A DNA stretch of 58,846 nucleotides, from contig JBNRMU010000058.1 in NCBI GenBank assembly GCA_050309765.1, positions 1 to 58,846 on the forward strand, read 5' to 3'. Positions 26,121 through 36,095 of this stretch are shown piece after piece (the stretch's first letter is position 1; every line of letters starts with the position of its first letter). This DNA comes from Christensenellales bacterium (GTDB lineage: Bacteria; Bacillota; Clostridia; Christensenellales; UBA1750). A model generated the notes under the pieces. That model did no database searches, had not been told where the DNA came from, and saw nothing but the letters and a program-made list of their open reading frames with translations. A program made the translations under genes and the position numbers.

Positions 26121-28217
26121 TTAAGCCTCCTCCGTTTCCACGTCCTGGCGGTGCTTGCAGTTTTCGTTTGTGCAAAGGTTGTAGGCGACGTCCTTTTTGC
26201 GGTCGAATTTCCGGACCATGGGGCTGCCGCACACGGGGCACTTGTCGTCCACCGGCATATCCCAGGAGGTATAATCGCACTCGGGGTACTTTTCGCAGCC
26301 AAAGAACACGCGGCCCCTGCGGGTGGTGCGCCGGATGATGGCCCCGCCGCATTTTGGGCAGTGCGCGGCGATCTTCTCCACAATGGGCTGGGTGTTGCGG
26401 CAGGCGGGGAAATTCGGGCAGGCGAGGAAGCGGCCGAAGCGCCCCATCTTATACACCATCAGTGCGCCGCACTTGTCGCACACCACGTCGGAAACCTCGT
26501 CCTGCACCTCCACCTTTTCGATGGCCTGCTCGGCGCTTTGCAGCTCCTGGCTGAAGGGGCCGTAGAAATCGCCGATCACCTGGTGCCAGTCCATGCCCTC
26601 TTCCTCGACGCGATCGAGTTTTTCCTCCAGGTCGGCGGTGAACTGCTCGTCCACGATGCCGGAAAAATGCTCCTTCATCATCTCGGTCACCAGCACGCCC
26701 AGCTCCGTCGGCACCAGGGCTTTATTGCGCGAAGCAACGTAGCCGCGGGACAAAATGGTGGAGATGGTGGGCGCGTAGGTGGACGGCCGGCCGATACCCT
26801 TTTCCTCCATAGCGCGCACCAGCGACGCCTCGGTGAAGCGGGCCGGCGGCTGGGTAAAGTGCTGCTCGGCGCTGAGCGCCTGCATCTGCGCCGTTTCGCC
26901 CTCCTTTACATCGGGAAGGGAAACGTCCTTTTCGCCGGGCTCGTCCTGACCTTCCTCATACACGGCGGTAAAGCCGGCAAAGCGCTTTTTCTGTCCGGAA
27001 AAGCGGAACTGCATCTGCGCATCCTCCACGAAGAAGGACAGCGTATCGTACACCGCCGGCGTCATCTGGCTGGCGAGATAGCGCTCGTAAATGAGCTTAT
27101 ACAGCCGGTACTGGTCGCGGGTGAGCGACTCCCTGACCTTTTCCGGCGTTTGCGCGGCATAGGTGGGGCGGATGGCCTCGTGTGCGTCCTGGGCGTTCTT
27201 GCGGCCCTTGAACACGTTGGGCGTTTCCGGCAGGTACTCGGGCGCGTAATTTGCGGCGATCACCTCGCGCGCGGCGGCCACGGCCTCCGTGGAGATGCGG
27301 GTGGAGTCGGTGCGGATGTAGCTGATCAGGCCTATGGTACCGCTGCCCTTCACGTCCACGCCCTCGTACAGCGCCTGGGCGATCTGCATGGTCTTGCGGG
27401 TGGTGAAGCCGAGCTTGCGCACGGCCTCCTGTTGCAGGTTGGAGGTGGTAAACGGCGCGGGCGGATTCTTTTTTCTCTCGCCCCACTTGACCTTGCCGAT
27501 GGAAAACTCGCGCGATTTGAGCTGCGCCTCCAGCGCCTGGGCCTGCTCGCGGGAGGTGATCTCCTCTTTTTCGTTTTTCTTGCCGAAATAGCGGGCCTCA
27601 AAACGCTGCCTGCCGCACACAAAGCTGCCGGTGAGCGTCCAGTATTCCTTTGGCTCAAAGGCCTCGATCTCGGCCTCGCGGTCCACGATCATGCGTGTTG
27701 CCACGGACTGTACGCGGCCGGCGGAAAGGCCTTTGCGCACCTTCTGCCACAGAAGGGGGCTGATCTTATACCCCACCAGGCGGTCCATCACGCGGCGCGC
27801 CTGCTGCGCATCCACCAGGGAAAGGTCGATGGCGCGCGGCTTTTTCATGGCGCTTTTGACGGCCTGGGAGGTGATCTCGTTAAATTCCACGCGGCACTTG
27901 GTGCTGGGGTCTATCTTTAGGATGGCGGCCAGGTGCCAGGAGATGGCCTCGCCCTCGCGGTCAGGGTCTGTGGCCAATATCACGGCGGAGGCGGCCTTGG
28001 CCTCCTTGCGGATGCGCTCTAATATCTCGCCGCGGCCGCGGATGGTGATGTACTTGGGCTCGAAGCCCTTTTCCACATCCACGCCGATCTGGCTCTTCGG
28101 CAAGTCGCGCACGTGACCGTTGCAGGCCTCCACCTTGTAACCCTTGCCAAGATATTTTCCGATCGTCTTGGCCTTTGCGGGAGACTCCACGATCACCAGT
28201 TTGTATCCGTTTGCCAT
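26121..28217 (-). CDS. topA: DNA topoisomerase I
   Basis: TOPRIM N-terminus [18 protein letters not shown], a type IA core, and C-terminal CxxC zinc-ribbon repeats. Confidence 0.96.
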   Translation of the reverse strand: MANGYKLVIVESPAKAKTIGKYLGKGYKVEACNGHVRDLPKSQIGVDVEKGFEPKYITIRGRGEILERIRKEAKAASAVILATDPDREGEAISWHLAAILKIDPSTKCRVEFNEITSQAVKSAMKKPRAIDLSLVDAQQARRVMDRLVGYKISPLLWQKVRKGLSAGRVQSVATRMIVDREAEIEAFEPKEYWTLTGSFVCGRQRFEARYFGKKNEKEEITSREQAQALEAQLKSREFSIGKVKWGERKKNPPAPFTTSNLQQEAVRKLGFTTRKTMQIAQALYEGVDVKGSGTIGLISYIRTDSTRISTEAVAAAREVIAANYAPEYLPETPNVFKGRKNAQDAHEAIRPTYAAQTPEKVRESLTRDQYRLYKLIYERYLASQMTPAVYDTLSFFVEDAQMQFRFSGQKKRFAGFTAVYEEGQDEPGEKDVSLPDVKEGETAQMQALSAEQHFTQPPARFTEASLVRAMEEKGIGRPSTYAPTISTILSRGYVASRNKALVPTELGVLVTEMMKEHFSGIVDEQFTADLEEKLDRVEEEGMDWHQVIGDFYGPFSQELQSAEQAIEKVEVQDEVSDVVCDKCGALMVYKMGRFGRFLACPNFPACRNTQPIVEKIAAHCPKCGGAIIRRTTRRGRVFFGCEKYPECDYTSWDMPVDDKCPVCGSPMVRKFDRKKDVAYNLCTNENCKHRQDVETEEA

Positions 28218-28249
28218 GATAGATCCTCCAAAGTTAGACTTGATTGCAT

Positions 28250-29344
28250 TCAGCGTCCCGAAAGGCTGTAGCGCCGCCCGGGGGACTTGCTTATTATTTC
28301 CCGCATCTCAAGCGTTGTCAAGAGCGAATTTAATTTCCCCGGTGCAAAACCGAGCATATCTACCAGCTCGTCAAAGGAAAGCTCCTCGCGCAGCAGCGCT
28401 TTGAGCACCCGTTCCTCCTCGGGCGTAACGTCCTTCGGCAAGGCGTGCGCGGTCTCCTCGGACACCGAGGGCCGGGCGTGCAGTCCCATGGCCGTGAGCA
28501 CGTCCTGCGGCGCGAGCGCGGGCAGGGCGCAGGTTTGCAGCAGCAGGTTGCTGCCCCGGCTTCCCGGCGAAAAGATCGGCCCCGGCACCACGAACAGCTC
28601 GCGGTCGTAGTCCACCGCGCAGCCGGCGGTGATGAGCGAGCCGGAGTTTTCGTCCGCCTCCACTACCAGCACAGCGCGCGAAAGCCCCGCCATGATGCGG
28701 TTGCGAGCGGGAAAATGCCAGGCCTGCGGCTGCGTGTCCGGCGCATGCTCGGTGAGCAGCAGGCCTTCTTTGGCGATCCTTTGCTGCAAAGCGGCGTTTT
28801 CGCGCGGGTAGCACACGTCTATGCCGGTGCCGAGCACCGCGATGCACTTGCCCCCGGCATCCAGCGCCGCCGTCTGGGCGATGGAATCTACGCCCCGCGC
28901 CAGGCCCGAGACGACCGCCGCGCCGCCGCGGACCAGGCCCTCGCTGAAATACCTGGCCGCGCGCTCGCCGTAGCGGGTGCAATTGCGGCTGCCGACCACG
29001 GCCGCCGCCGGCGCCTCCAGCAAAGAAAGGTCGCCCTTTGCGTACAGGGCAAAGGGCGCGTCCTCCGTCTGCAAAAGCAGGGACGGATATTGGGGATGAG
29101 CCCGTGTGACGAGCTCCACCCCCATCGCGCGCAGGCGGCGATAGTTTTCGTTGAGCTTCTTTGGATCGTGCTGCGCACCCATCTCGGCGGCTAGGGCCGG
29201 GCCCACAGCCGCTTCCCATTCCTTTTCGCCCGCATCGAACGCGGCGCCGGCGCTGCCAAACACATCCACCAGCTTTTCGATGCGCTTGTTTCAAAGCCCT
29301 TTGACCAGCGTGAGCCAGTACAGGCACCCATCCTCCCGCGTCAC
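28250..29344 (-). pseudogene. dprA: DNA processing protein DprA (Smf), frame interrupted by in-frame TGA at 29291..29293
   Basis: Tracked ORF 28250..29269 carries the DprA core (VVGSRNCTRYG, VVSGLARGVDS, GTGIDVCYPREN, FPARNRIMAGLS, SGSLITA). The same frame continues upstream as GTG(29344)-TREDGCLYWLTLVKGL-TGA-NKRIEKLVDVFGS, which is the usual DprA N-terminus. AAGGGGG precedes the GTG. Confidence 0.75.
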
Positions 29345-29366
29345 GGCGGCGACCCCCTTTATTAAG

Positions 29367-30899
29367 TCAACTCTTCCAGTATTTTTCGCCCGCGCCGCGA
29401 TACGACAGGGCTTCGGCGATGTGCGAAGACGAAATCCTCTCCGCCTGTTCCATATCCGCCAATGTGCGCGAGAGCTTGAGCACCCGCGTGGCCGCCCGCA
29501 TGGAAAGCTGCAGTTTTGCCATCGCGGTCTGCAAAAAGCGCCGCGCCTCGTCGTCCAAGGGGCAATAGGTCTCGATCTGCGCGCCGCTCAGCTGGGCGTT
29601 GGCATAGATGCCGCTGCCCCTGTAGCGCTCGCGGGCAAGCTTACGCGCGCGTTCCACGCGCAGGCGCACGGTTTCGCTGCTCTCGCCCGGGGCGCGGGTT
29701 TTCAGCGCCTCCTCCGCGGGCACGAAGTCCATCTCCACCACCAGGTCTATGCGGTCCAGCAGCGGGCCGGATACGCGCGACAAATAGCGCTCGATCATCT
29801 GCGGCGTGCAGCGGCACTTTTTCACCTGCGAGCCGTAGTTTCCGCAGGGGCAGGGGTTCATGGCGCACACCAGGGAAAACCGGGCCGGATACTCGCACTG
29901 GGCGCCCACGCGCGAGACCTGCACCGTGCCGTCCTCCATGGGCTGGCGCAGCGCCTCCAGCACGGCGCGGGGGAATTCCGGCAGCTCGTCCAGGAACAAT
30001 ACGCCGTTGTGCGCTTTGCTGATCTCACCGGGCATGGCGGTCCGTCCCCCGCCCACCAGCGCTGCGGCGGAGGCCGTGTGGTGCGGCGCGCGGAAGGGCC
30101 GCTGCAGGATCAATCCGCTCTGCGCGCCGGAAACGGAGTGGATGCGCGTGGTTTCCAGCGCCTCCTCAAAGCTCATGCGCGGCAATATCCCCGGCAGGCA
30201 GCGGGCCAGCATGGTCTTGCCCGAGCCCGGCGGGCCGATCAAAAGCAGGTTATGCCCGCCGCTGGCGGCGATTTCCAGGGCGCGCTTGGCTGCGTACTGG
30301 CCGCGCACCTGGGCCAGATCCATCTGCGGCGGCGCGTCCCGCAGCTGCTCCTCATAGGCGGTCGTCGGCGTGGGCCGGATCTCCTCCTCGCCGCGCAAAA
30401 ACGCCGCCGCCTGGGCGATGCTCTTTGCGCCGTAGACCGCAAGGCCGTCAAGGCAGGCGGCCTCGCCGGCGTTTTGCTCCGGCAGCAGCACGCGCGTAAC
30501 GCCGTCCTGCCGGGCGCGGATGAGCATGGGAAGCACGCCTGTGATGGGGCGCAGGCCGCCGTCCAGCGAAAGCTCGCCCAGCACCAGCAGGCCGCAAAGC
30601 GATTCCATGGGGATCTGCCGCGAGGCCGCCAGCAGCCCCAGGGCGATGGGCAGGTCGTAGCGCGGCCCCTCTTTCTTCACATCCGCGGGGGCAAGGTTCA
30701 CCGTGGTCGGCCCATAGGGAAAGCGAAAATGCGAATTGAGCAGCGCGGAGCGCACCCGCTCGCGCGACTCCTTCACCGCCGCGCCGGGCAGGCCCACCGT
30801 TTCAAAGGAGGGCATGCCGCCCTCGCGGCAGTCCACCTCCACCTGCATCGGGTAGCCCTCGATGCCGTTTAGTCCGTAGCTGAGCACGCTGGCCAGCAT
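29367..30899 (-). CDS. comM: YifB/ComM family Mg-chelatase-like AAA+ ATPase
   Basis: Start at ATG 30899. Lon-like N-domain, Walker A GPPGSGKTM, GVLFLDELPEF, and a C-terminal ChlI-like domain. Confidence 0.9.
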   Translation of the reverse strand: MLASVLSYGLNGIEGYPMQVEVDCREGGMPSFETVGLPGAAVKESRERVRSALLNSHFRFPYGPTTVNLAPADVKKEGPRYDLPIALGLLAASRQIPMESLCGLLVLGELSLDGGLRPITGVLPMLIRARQDGVTRVLLPEQNAGEAACLDGLAVYGAKSIAQAAAFLRGEEEIRPTPTTAYEEQLRDAPPQMDLAQVRGQYAAKRALEIAASGGHNLLLIGPPGSGKTMLARCLPGILPRMSFEEALETTRIHSVSGAQSGLILQRPFRAPHHTASAAALVGGGRTAMPGEISKAHNGVLFLDELPEFPRAVLEALRQPMEDGTVQVSRVGAQCEYPARFSLVCAMNPCPCGNYGSQVKKCRCTPQMIERYLSRVSGPLLDRIDLVVEMDFVPAEEALKTRAPGESSETVRLRVERARKLARERYRGSGIYANAQLSGAQIETYCPLDDEARRFLQTAMAKLQLSMRAATRVLKLSRTLADMEQAERISSSHIAEALSYRGAGEKYWKS

Positions 30900-30931
30900 C
30901 TGCATCCATCCCCCTAACGCTTTATATCTGT

Positions 30932-31354
30932 TTATTTTTCCGCTTGTTTGCGGAACACGATCCACTTGTTGCCGATAAAGTTCACCAGCACGGACCCGGC
31001 CGTGGACAAAAGCTTTGCCCCGTACAGGTTCATGCACAGCCCTTCGCGCAGCACATACAAAAGCCCCGAGGATACGCCCAGAGCCGCCAGGTTCACCATC
31101 AGGAAGCTGATCAGCTGCCTTGGCGTCATCCTTTCCTTCTGGGCAAAGGTCCAGCGCTTATTTAGGATCAGGCTGTTGACAAGCCCGCAGGTATAGCCCA
31201 GGATCTGCGCCAGCAGATAGTGCGTGCGGAAAAAGGGCAGCTGGATCAGCAGCGCGTACACGCCGTAATCCACGGCGGTGTTGGCAACGCCCACCAGGCC
31301 GAATTTTACCGCCTGCCAAAGCGTGGCCGCAAAGGCTTTTTTCTTTTTGTTCAT
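30932..31354 (-). CDS. GtrA family membrane protein
   Basis: 140 aa with 4 predicted TM helices. FGLVGVANTAVDYGVY and FIGNKWIVF are typical of the GtrA-like family. Confidence 0.85.
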   Translation of the reverse strand: MNKKKKAFAATLWQAVKFGLVGVANTAVDYGVYALLIQLPFFRTHYLLAQILGYTCGLVNSLILNKRWTFAQKERMTPRQLISFLMVNLAALGVSSGLLYVLREGLCMNLYGAKLLSTAGSVLVNFIGNKWIVFRKQAEK

Positions 31355-31372
31355 CGTCTTTGGACCTTCTCT

Positions 31373-34300
31373 CTAAAACAGGTGCCAGCTGGGCAGCCAC
31401 TCAAAAAGCTGTGCGCGCACGTCCGGCATGGGAATGCCCGTCAGCAGCGGATAGAACAATGCATACAGCGCCAGCACCACGGCCAGATACAGCCCGATCC
31501 AGGTCTTTGCATACTTGTGCCGGGCATAGAAATCCTCCAGATACAGCCCCACGGCCAGCGCAAGGAAGGGCACGGAGGCAAAGTAGTGATAGATGAAGGT
31601 GATCCTGGGCACCAGCACCCAGGGAAGGAAGTTCATAAAATAGCCAAGCAGCACGATGTAGATGCGCCTGTCCGTCTTGCCGTAGCCCTGAACGGCGCGC
31701 ACGCAAAGCCACAGGATGGCAAGCAGTCCCGGCCACCACAGGGCGGGATTGCCCAGGGAGGCGATGGACGACACCATGCCCTCCGGCTCAAACTCACCCA
31801 AATAATACCAGATGGGCTTGAGGATCAGCGGCCACTGGTACCAGGGCGAGGCAAAGGGATGGCTCTGGAATACGCCCTTGTGGTAGTTCAGCATGTGTTG
31901 CTGATAAGCCCACACCTCTTGCAGGCCGTTGCCCTCGATGCGCAAAAACTGATAATACGAGCCGATGTACACGGCGATGGGCACCGCCACGAAGAACACC
32001 AGGCAGCAAAGTAGGGTTGCAAGCGTATACGTTGGAAACTTCTCCACGATGCTCTGCGCCCAGGCTATATCCTTGCCGCCCTTTGCAAGGGCCTGCCTGG
32101 CCTTCCTGTATTCCCCAAAGCGCGCAAACAGGATGGCAAAGAAGAACACGGCAAGCCCGGCGCCCGCGTACACGCCGATCCACTTGCTGGCGATGCCAAG
32201 GCCCATGAACAGACCCGAGAAGAACAGCGGCACCAGCGTCTTTATCAGCTTTTCGTGGTAAAAGCTCAAATGGGCGTAGTGCAGCATGCAGGCAAATTCC
32301 AAGATGATGAACAGCACCGGATAGGAATCGATGGTGCCGAGCCTTGTCTGCGCCAGATGCATGAAATCAAAGCAGAACAGGAACACCGAGGCAAAGGCAA
32401 ACCCGCTCTTTTTGAACAGCAGCTTTGCCAGGTAGTACAGGGCGGGCACCATTAAAACGCCCGCCAGGGTGCCGGCAAAGCGCCAGCCAAAGGGCGTCAT
32501 GCCAAGCAGGGCGATGGACCAGGAGATGAACACCTTGCCAAGAGGCGGGTGGGTGTTTTCGTACCAGACGCGGTTATTGAGCTGCTCGTAGGCGGTGCGG
32601 CCGTGGTAGGACTCGTCGAAGTACATGCCGTCCATATATCCCGGGCGCGCGGGCACCATCCACTGCTCGTCCGCAAGGGCCTGCGCGTCCTCGGGCACGG
32701 TCAGGTCGTAGGGCGTGCCCTGCGCATCCGTTAAGGCCAGCTCGTAAATGCGCATGGGGCCTGCGCTGATGCTGATTTGCGCATAGCGGGCGGTTTCGTC
32801 CATCTCGCGCACGTTCCATCTGAACATGTCGTAGGTGCCGGATTGCAGGACATATTCCTCGGAATAGGTCTGCCCGTCCCTGGAAAAGCGCAGGCACAGC
32901 GTGGCGTCGTTGATCTCGCCGTAGTAATAAAAGCGGCCGATCTCCCTTTCCTGTCCCAGGTCCAGCACCACGCTTTGGCCCTGCTCGCCCACCCACATGG
33001 TGGAAGGCGCATAGGTATTGCCGAGCTTATAAAACGCCGTGAGCGCATACACCAACGTGAGCGCGGCCATCAGCAAAACATCCGCGCGGGTAAAGCGCGG
33101 CTTTTCGCCCGCCTGCCGCGCGTCGGGCAGGGCGGGGCCCAGCACCTGGATACGCAGCTTGCCCTTTTCCCGCGCAAGGGGCAGCGTCTTTTTTTGCACG
33201 GCGGCCCGATAGCTCGCGATTAGAAGCAGCGCAAGCAGGGCGAGGTTCAAAATCCCCACGATCACCTGCATCGTGCGGTTTTCCGCGAGCACATGCCCGT
33301 TTTGCAAAACGGTGAAGATGTTGGCGCCGTTGGTGACCGAAAGCCCCGCAAAGGCAAGCAGCAGACGCCGGTCGTCATAGGCAAGGGCCGCCAGCAGGCA
33401 CAGCGCCAGGACGGGGAACATATAGCGCTCGTGCATGCGCACGCCAAGGGCGAACACGCCCAAAAGCTCGCAGCAGACCATGGGCAAAACCGCCCTGCGC
33501 TCGCGGGCTCTAAAGTACAAAAACAAGGCGTAGGCAACGCTCAGCCCCATGCCCAGCGCGCCCCACAGGCTGTAGGAAAGGCCAAGCACCGTTTCGCTCT
33601 GCTCCACCCAGTTGCCGCCGAGAAGGCCGAACAGGTTCATGGCGTTTACGCTGGCATAGGGGTAGCTGGACAAAACCTCCAAGTATTTATCGATCAGCCA
33701 GGCAAACCCCCTGCCGATGGAAAAGGGCGTGACCAACAGCAGCACCAGCGCCAGTGCGCTGACCATGGAGATCAAAAGTGCCTTCAGGCCCTTTTTCCAG
33801 TCCTCCAGCATATCGGAAACAAAGCCGCACAAAAGGATGGTGCCAAACATCAGCGCCTGGGGCTTGACCAGCACGGCCACGGCAAAGACGAGCGCGCTTT
33901 TTAGCATCTGCCTGCGCAGCATAAAATGCAGCACCAGCAGGATCAGCAGCACCAGCACCGCGTCCATTTGGCCCCACAGAGCGCTGTCCAGCCACACGGC
34001 AGGCAAAACGGCGTACACAAGGGCAGAAGCGGCGGCGGTCTTTTTGCCCGTCCACTCCTGCGCAAGTACGTAGATCAGATACGCGGCAGCGATGTCCGCC
34101 AGCAGAGCGGGCAGCTTGAGGAGGAGCACGAACAGCTCCGAATCGTAGGGAAGCTGCAAAAGCCTTGCCAGCGCGCCCACCAGCCACAATACATACAGAT
34201 ACCCGGGCGGATAGTCGCAGAACACAGCATCGTAAAAGCCCATGGGGCCCGTTTCCGCCATGGTAAGGGCCCAGCCCCTGAAGCACCCCATGTCCACATC

Positions 34301-35098
34301 GTAGCCGGGGCTCAGCACCGCCAGCAGCGCGCGCAGCAAAAAGGCCAGCAAAAGCCCAAACAACAGCTTGCGGCGCAGGGCGTCCTCCTGCACGGGCCAC
34401 TCGTTCGCGCGGCGCACGCACACATAGGCCGCGCAGGCAAACGCGGCGCACAGGAAGATGAACGAAGCCGTCCAGTTGGCCCTGCCGCCCTCCTCCTCGA
34501 CCACGGCGGCCTCCACCTTTTTCAGGCTCTGCGCCTGAACCCCTTCGGGCAGGGCGGTCACGCGCTCCACCTTCAGGTCGTCAAACCAGGCGGCGCCGCT
34601 GTTCACGGACCCATAGCCGCCCGCCCGCGCGCAGAAGGTCAGGCTCTTTTGCAGCCAGCTCGTGCGGCCGTAAAACTCGGTGTAAACCCACTGGCCATTC
34701 GTATCCGTAAAGCTCGGCGAGGAGGCAAAGCAATCCTTGACGGAAAGGTTCGCGCCCGTGCCGTCTTCTGAAAAGCCCTCGGCCTTCAGGTAACCGGAAA
34801 ACTTATACAGGCTGTTTCCGCGCACGGCGATCTGCTGCTCCACGCGCGCGTCGTTGTCCCATAGGTTTTCGATGCACACCACCGTGCCGCGCTGCGCGTC
34901 CGGATCCAGATGGTATACGCTCGTTTCCGTGCTCAAATCCCAGGCGTCGTAGCCCCAGGAAAGGATATAGCCCTGCTCGTCGTAGCCCTCCTCAAAGCCG
35001 GGGTTCAAAAGCAGGTTTTCCCCTTCGGCGGCGGCAGGCGCAAACAGGCAGCAAAGGCACAGCGCCAGCAGCAGGCCGTATAAAAGCCGTTTCTTCAT
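31373..35098 (-). CDS. Giant membrane glycosyltransferase: signal peptide + CBM4_9-like domain + GT-C module + discoidin-like domain + GT39 (PMT-like) module
   Basis: GENLLLNPGFEEG..WFDDLKV is CBM4_9-like. A first polytopic block contains FCDYPPGYLY. GRFYYYGEINDATLCLRFSRDGQTY is F5/8-type-C-like. A second block has DESYHGRTAYE..HPPLGKVFISW (GT39 signature) and a C-terminal PMT_4TMC-like YQWPL region. The start overlaps the yraN stop (ATGA). Confidence 0.8.
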   Translation of the reverse strand: MKKRLLYGLLLALCLCCLFAPAAAEGENLLLNPGFEEGYDEQGYILSWGYDAWDLSTETSVYHLDPDAQRGTVVCIENLWDNDARVEQQIAVRGNSLYKFSGYLKAEGFSEDGTGANLSVKDCFASSPSFTDTNGQWVYTEFYGRTSWLQKSLTFCARAGGYGSVNSGAAWFDDLKVERVTALPEGVQAQSLKKVEAAVVEEEGGRANWTASFIFLCAAFACAAYVCVRRANEWPVQEDALRRKLLFGLLLAFLLRALLAVLSPGYDVDMGCFRGWALTMAETGPMGFYDAVFCDYPPGYLYVLWLVGALARLLQLPYDSELFVLLLKLPALLADIAAAYLIYVLAQEWTGKKTAAASALVYAVLPAVWLDSALWGQMDAVLVLLILLVLHFMLRRQMLKSALVFAVAVLVKPQALMFGTILLCGFVSDMLEDWKKGLKALLISMVSALALVLLLVTPFSIGRGFAWLIDKYLEVLSSYPYASVNAMNLFGLLGGNWVEQSETVLGLSYSLWGALGMGLSVAYALFLYFRARERRAVLPMVCCELLGVFALGVRMHERYMFPVLALCLLAALAYDDRRLLLAFAGLSVTNGANIFTVLQNGHVLAENRTMQVIVGILNLALLALLLIASYRAAVQKKTLPLAREKGKLRIQVLGPALPDARQAGEKPRFTRADVLLMAALTLVYALTAFYKLGNTYAPSTMWVGEQGQSVVLDLGQEREIGRFYYYGEINDATLCLRFSRDGQTYSEEYVLQSGTYDMFRWNVREMDETARYAQISISAGPMRIYELALTDAQGTPYDLTVPEDAQALADEQWMVPARPGYMDGMYFDESYHGRTAYEQLNNRVWYENTHPPLGKVFISWSIALLGMTPFGWRFAGTLAGVLMVPALYYLAKLLFKKSGFAFASVFLFCFDFMHLAQTRLGTIDSYPVLFIILEFACMLHYAHLSFYHEKLIKTLVPLFFSGLFMGLGIASKWIGVYAGAGLAVFFFAILFARFGEYRKARQALAKGGKDIAWAQSIVEKFPTYTLATLLCCLVFFVAVPIAVYIGSYYQFLRIEGNGLQEVWAYQQHMLNYHKGVFQSHPFASPWYQWPLILKPIWYYLGEFEPEGMVSSIASLGNPALWWPGLLAILWLCVRAVQGYGKTDRRIYIVLLGYFMNFLPWVLVPRITFIYHYFASVPFLALAVGLYLEDFYARHKYAKTWIGLYLAVVLALYALFYPLLTGIPMPDVRAQLFEWLPSWHLF

Positions 35099-35463
35099 GC
35101 AAAATACCCGCCTTTGATAAAGTCGAACGCATAGGGGATGTGGTGCAGGCGCATCTGTCCGCCTTCGTCGAACACCTCCACCACGTCAAAGCGCATGGGG
35201 CATTGAAGCTTTTCCTGCGTCTGGGCATAGCCAAGGGCTGCGCGGCAGATGCGCTGCTGCTTGCGGCGATCCACGCTCAGGCGCGGCAGGCCATTTTTGC
35301 GCCGCTTGACCTCCACGAACACCAGCGTGTCCTGATCCTGCGCGATCAGGTCGATCTCGCAGTGGTCGAACACATAGTTTGTCCGCAGGATCGCATAGCC
35401 CTTGTTTTCCAGATATGCGGCGGCCAATTCCTCGCCGCTTTTGCCAATCTGTCTTGTGTTCAT
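35095..35463 (-). CDS. yraN: YraN family endonuclease-like protein (UPF0102)
   Basis: 122 aa. GEELAAAYLENKGY, EIDLIA and LVFVEVKRR motifs. Confidence 0.85.
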   Translation of the reverse strand: MNTRQIGKSGEELAAAYLENKGYAILRTNYVFDHCEIDLIAQDQDTLVFVEVKRRKNGLPRLSVDRRKQQRICRAALGYAQTQEKLQCPMRFDVVEVFDEGGQMRLHHIPYAFDFIKGGYFA

Positions 35464-36095
35464 CGCTTATCTTCCAGTATCTTGCGCAAAAACAGCGGCC
35501 TGTGGATGGGGCAGGGCCCCTTTTCGCGGATGGCAGCCACATGCGCCGCCGTTCCGTAGCCCTTGTGGGCAGCAAAGCCGTAGCCGGGGTATTCCTCGTC
35601 CATCTCTCGCATGAGGCGGTCCCTCGTCACCTTGGCAACGATGGACGCGCAGGCGATGGAATAGCTGAGCGCGTCGCCGTGGATGAGCGCCTCCTGGGGA
35701 ATATCCACATCCAAATCCCGCTCCGCGTCCACCAGCAGGCACTGGGCCCCGGTCTGCTCGATCGCGCGCTGCATGGCAAGGCGGCTGGCATTGCGGATGT
35801 TGAGCTGCTCTATTTCCGCAACGCTCGCCTTTCCCACGCCCACATACAGCGCCCTTTCCAGTATTTGGGGAAACAGCGCCTCGCGCGCCTTTTCGGACAG
35901 CTTTTTGGAATCGTTCACGCCCAAAAGCAGGCTGTCTTTATCCAGGGGCATCACGCAGCAGGCCGCAACCACGTCTCCCGCCAAGGGGCCGCGGCCGGCC
36001 TCGTCCACGCCGCCCAGCAGGCGGCCGCCTGCATACCGTTTATCCGTTTGCACCATCCGGCAAAGCCGTTGCTGCTTCGTTTCCCTCTGTGTCAT
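35460..36095 (-). CDS. rnhB: Ribonuclease HII
   Basis: Start at ATG 36095 (AGGAGGA 5 nt upstream; overlaps the ylqF 3' end by 56 nt). GVDEAGRGPLAGDVVAA and DSKKLS motifs. Confidence 0.88.
   Translation of the reverse strand: MTQRETKQQRLCRMVQTDKRYAGGRLLGGVDEAGRGPLAGDVVAACCVMPLDKDSLLLGVNDSKKLSEKAREALFPQILERALYVGVGKASVAEIEQLNIRNASRLAMQRAIEQTGAQCLLVDAERDLDVDIPQEALIHGDALSYSIACASIVAKVTRDRLMREMDEEYPGYGFAAHKGYGTAAHVAAIREKGPCPIHRPLFLRKILEDKR

Noticed and set aside
29291-29293. TGA in dprA as evidence for an alternative genetic code (TGA = Gly or Trp) or selenocysteine.
   Set aside because: TGA terminates several well-defined genes in the same window (dienelactone hydrolase 6005, hydrolase 21614, comM 29367, scpA 53383). 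I see no SECIS-like hairpin immediately downstream. A nonsense mutation or a sequencing error is more parsimonious.
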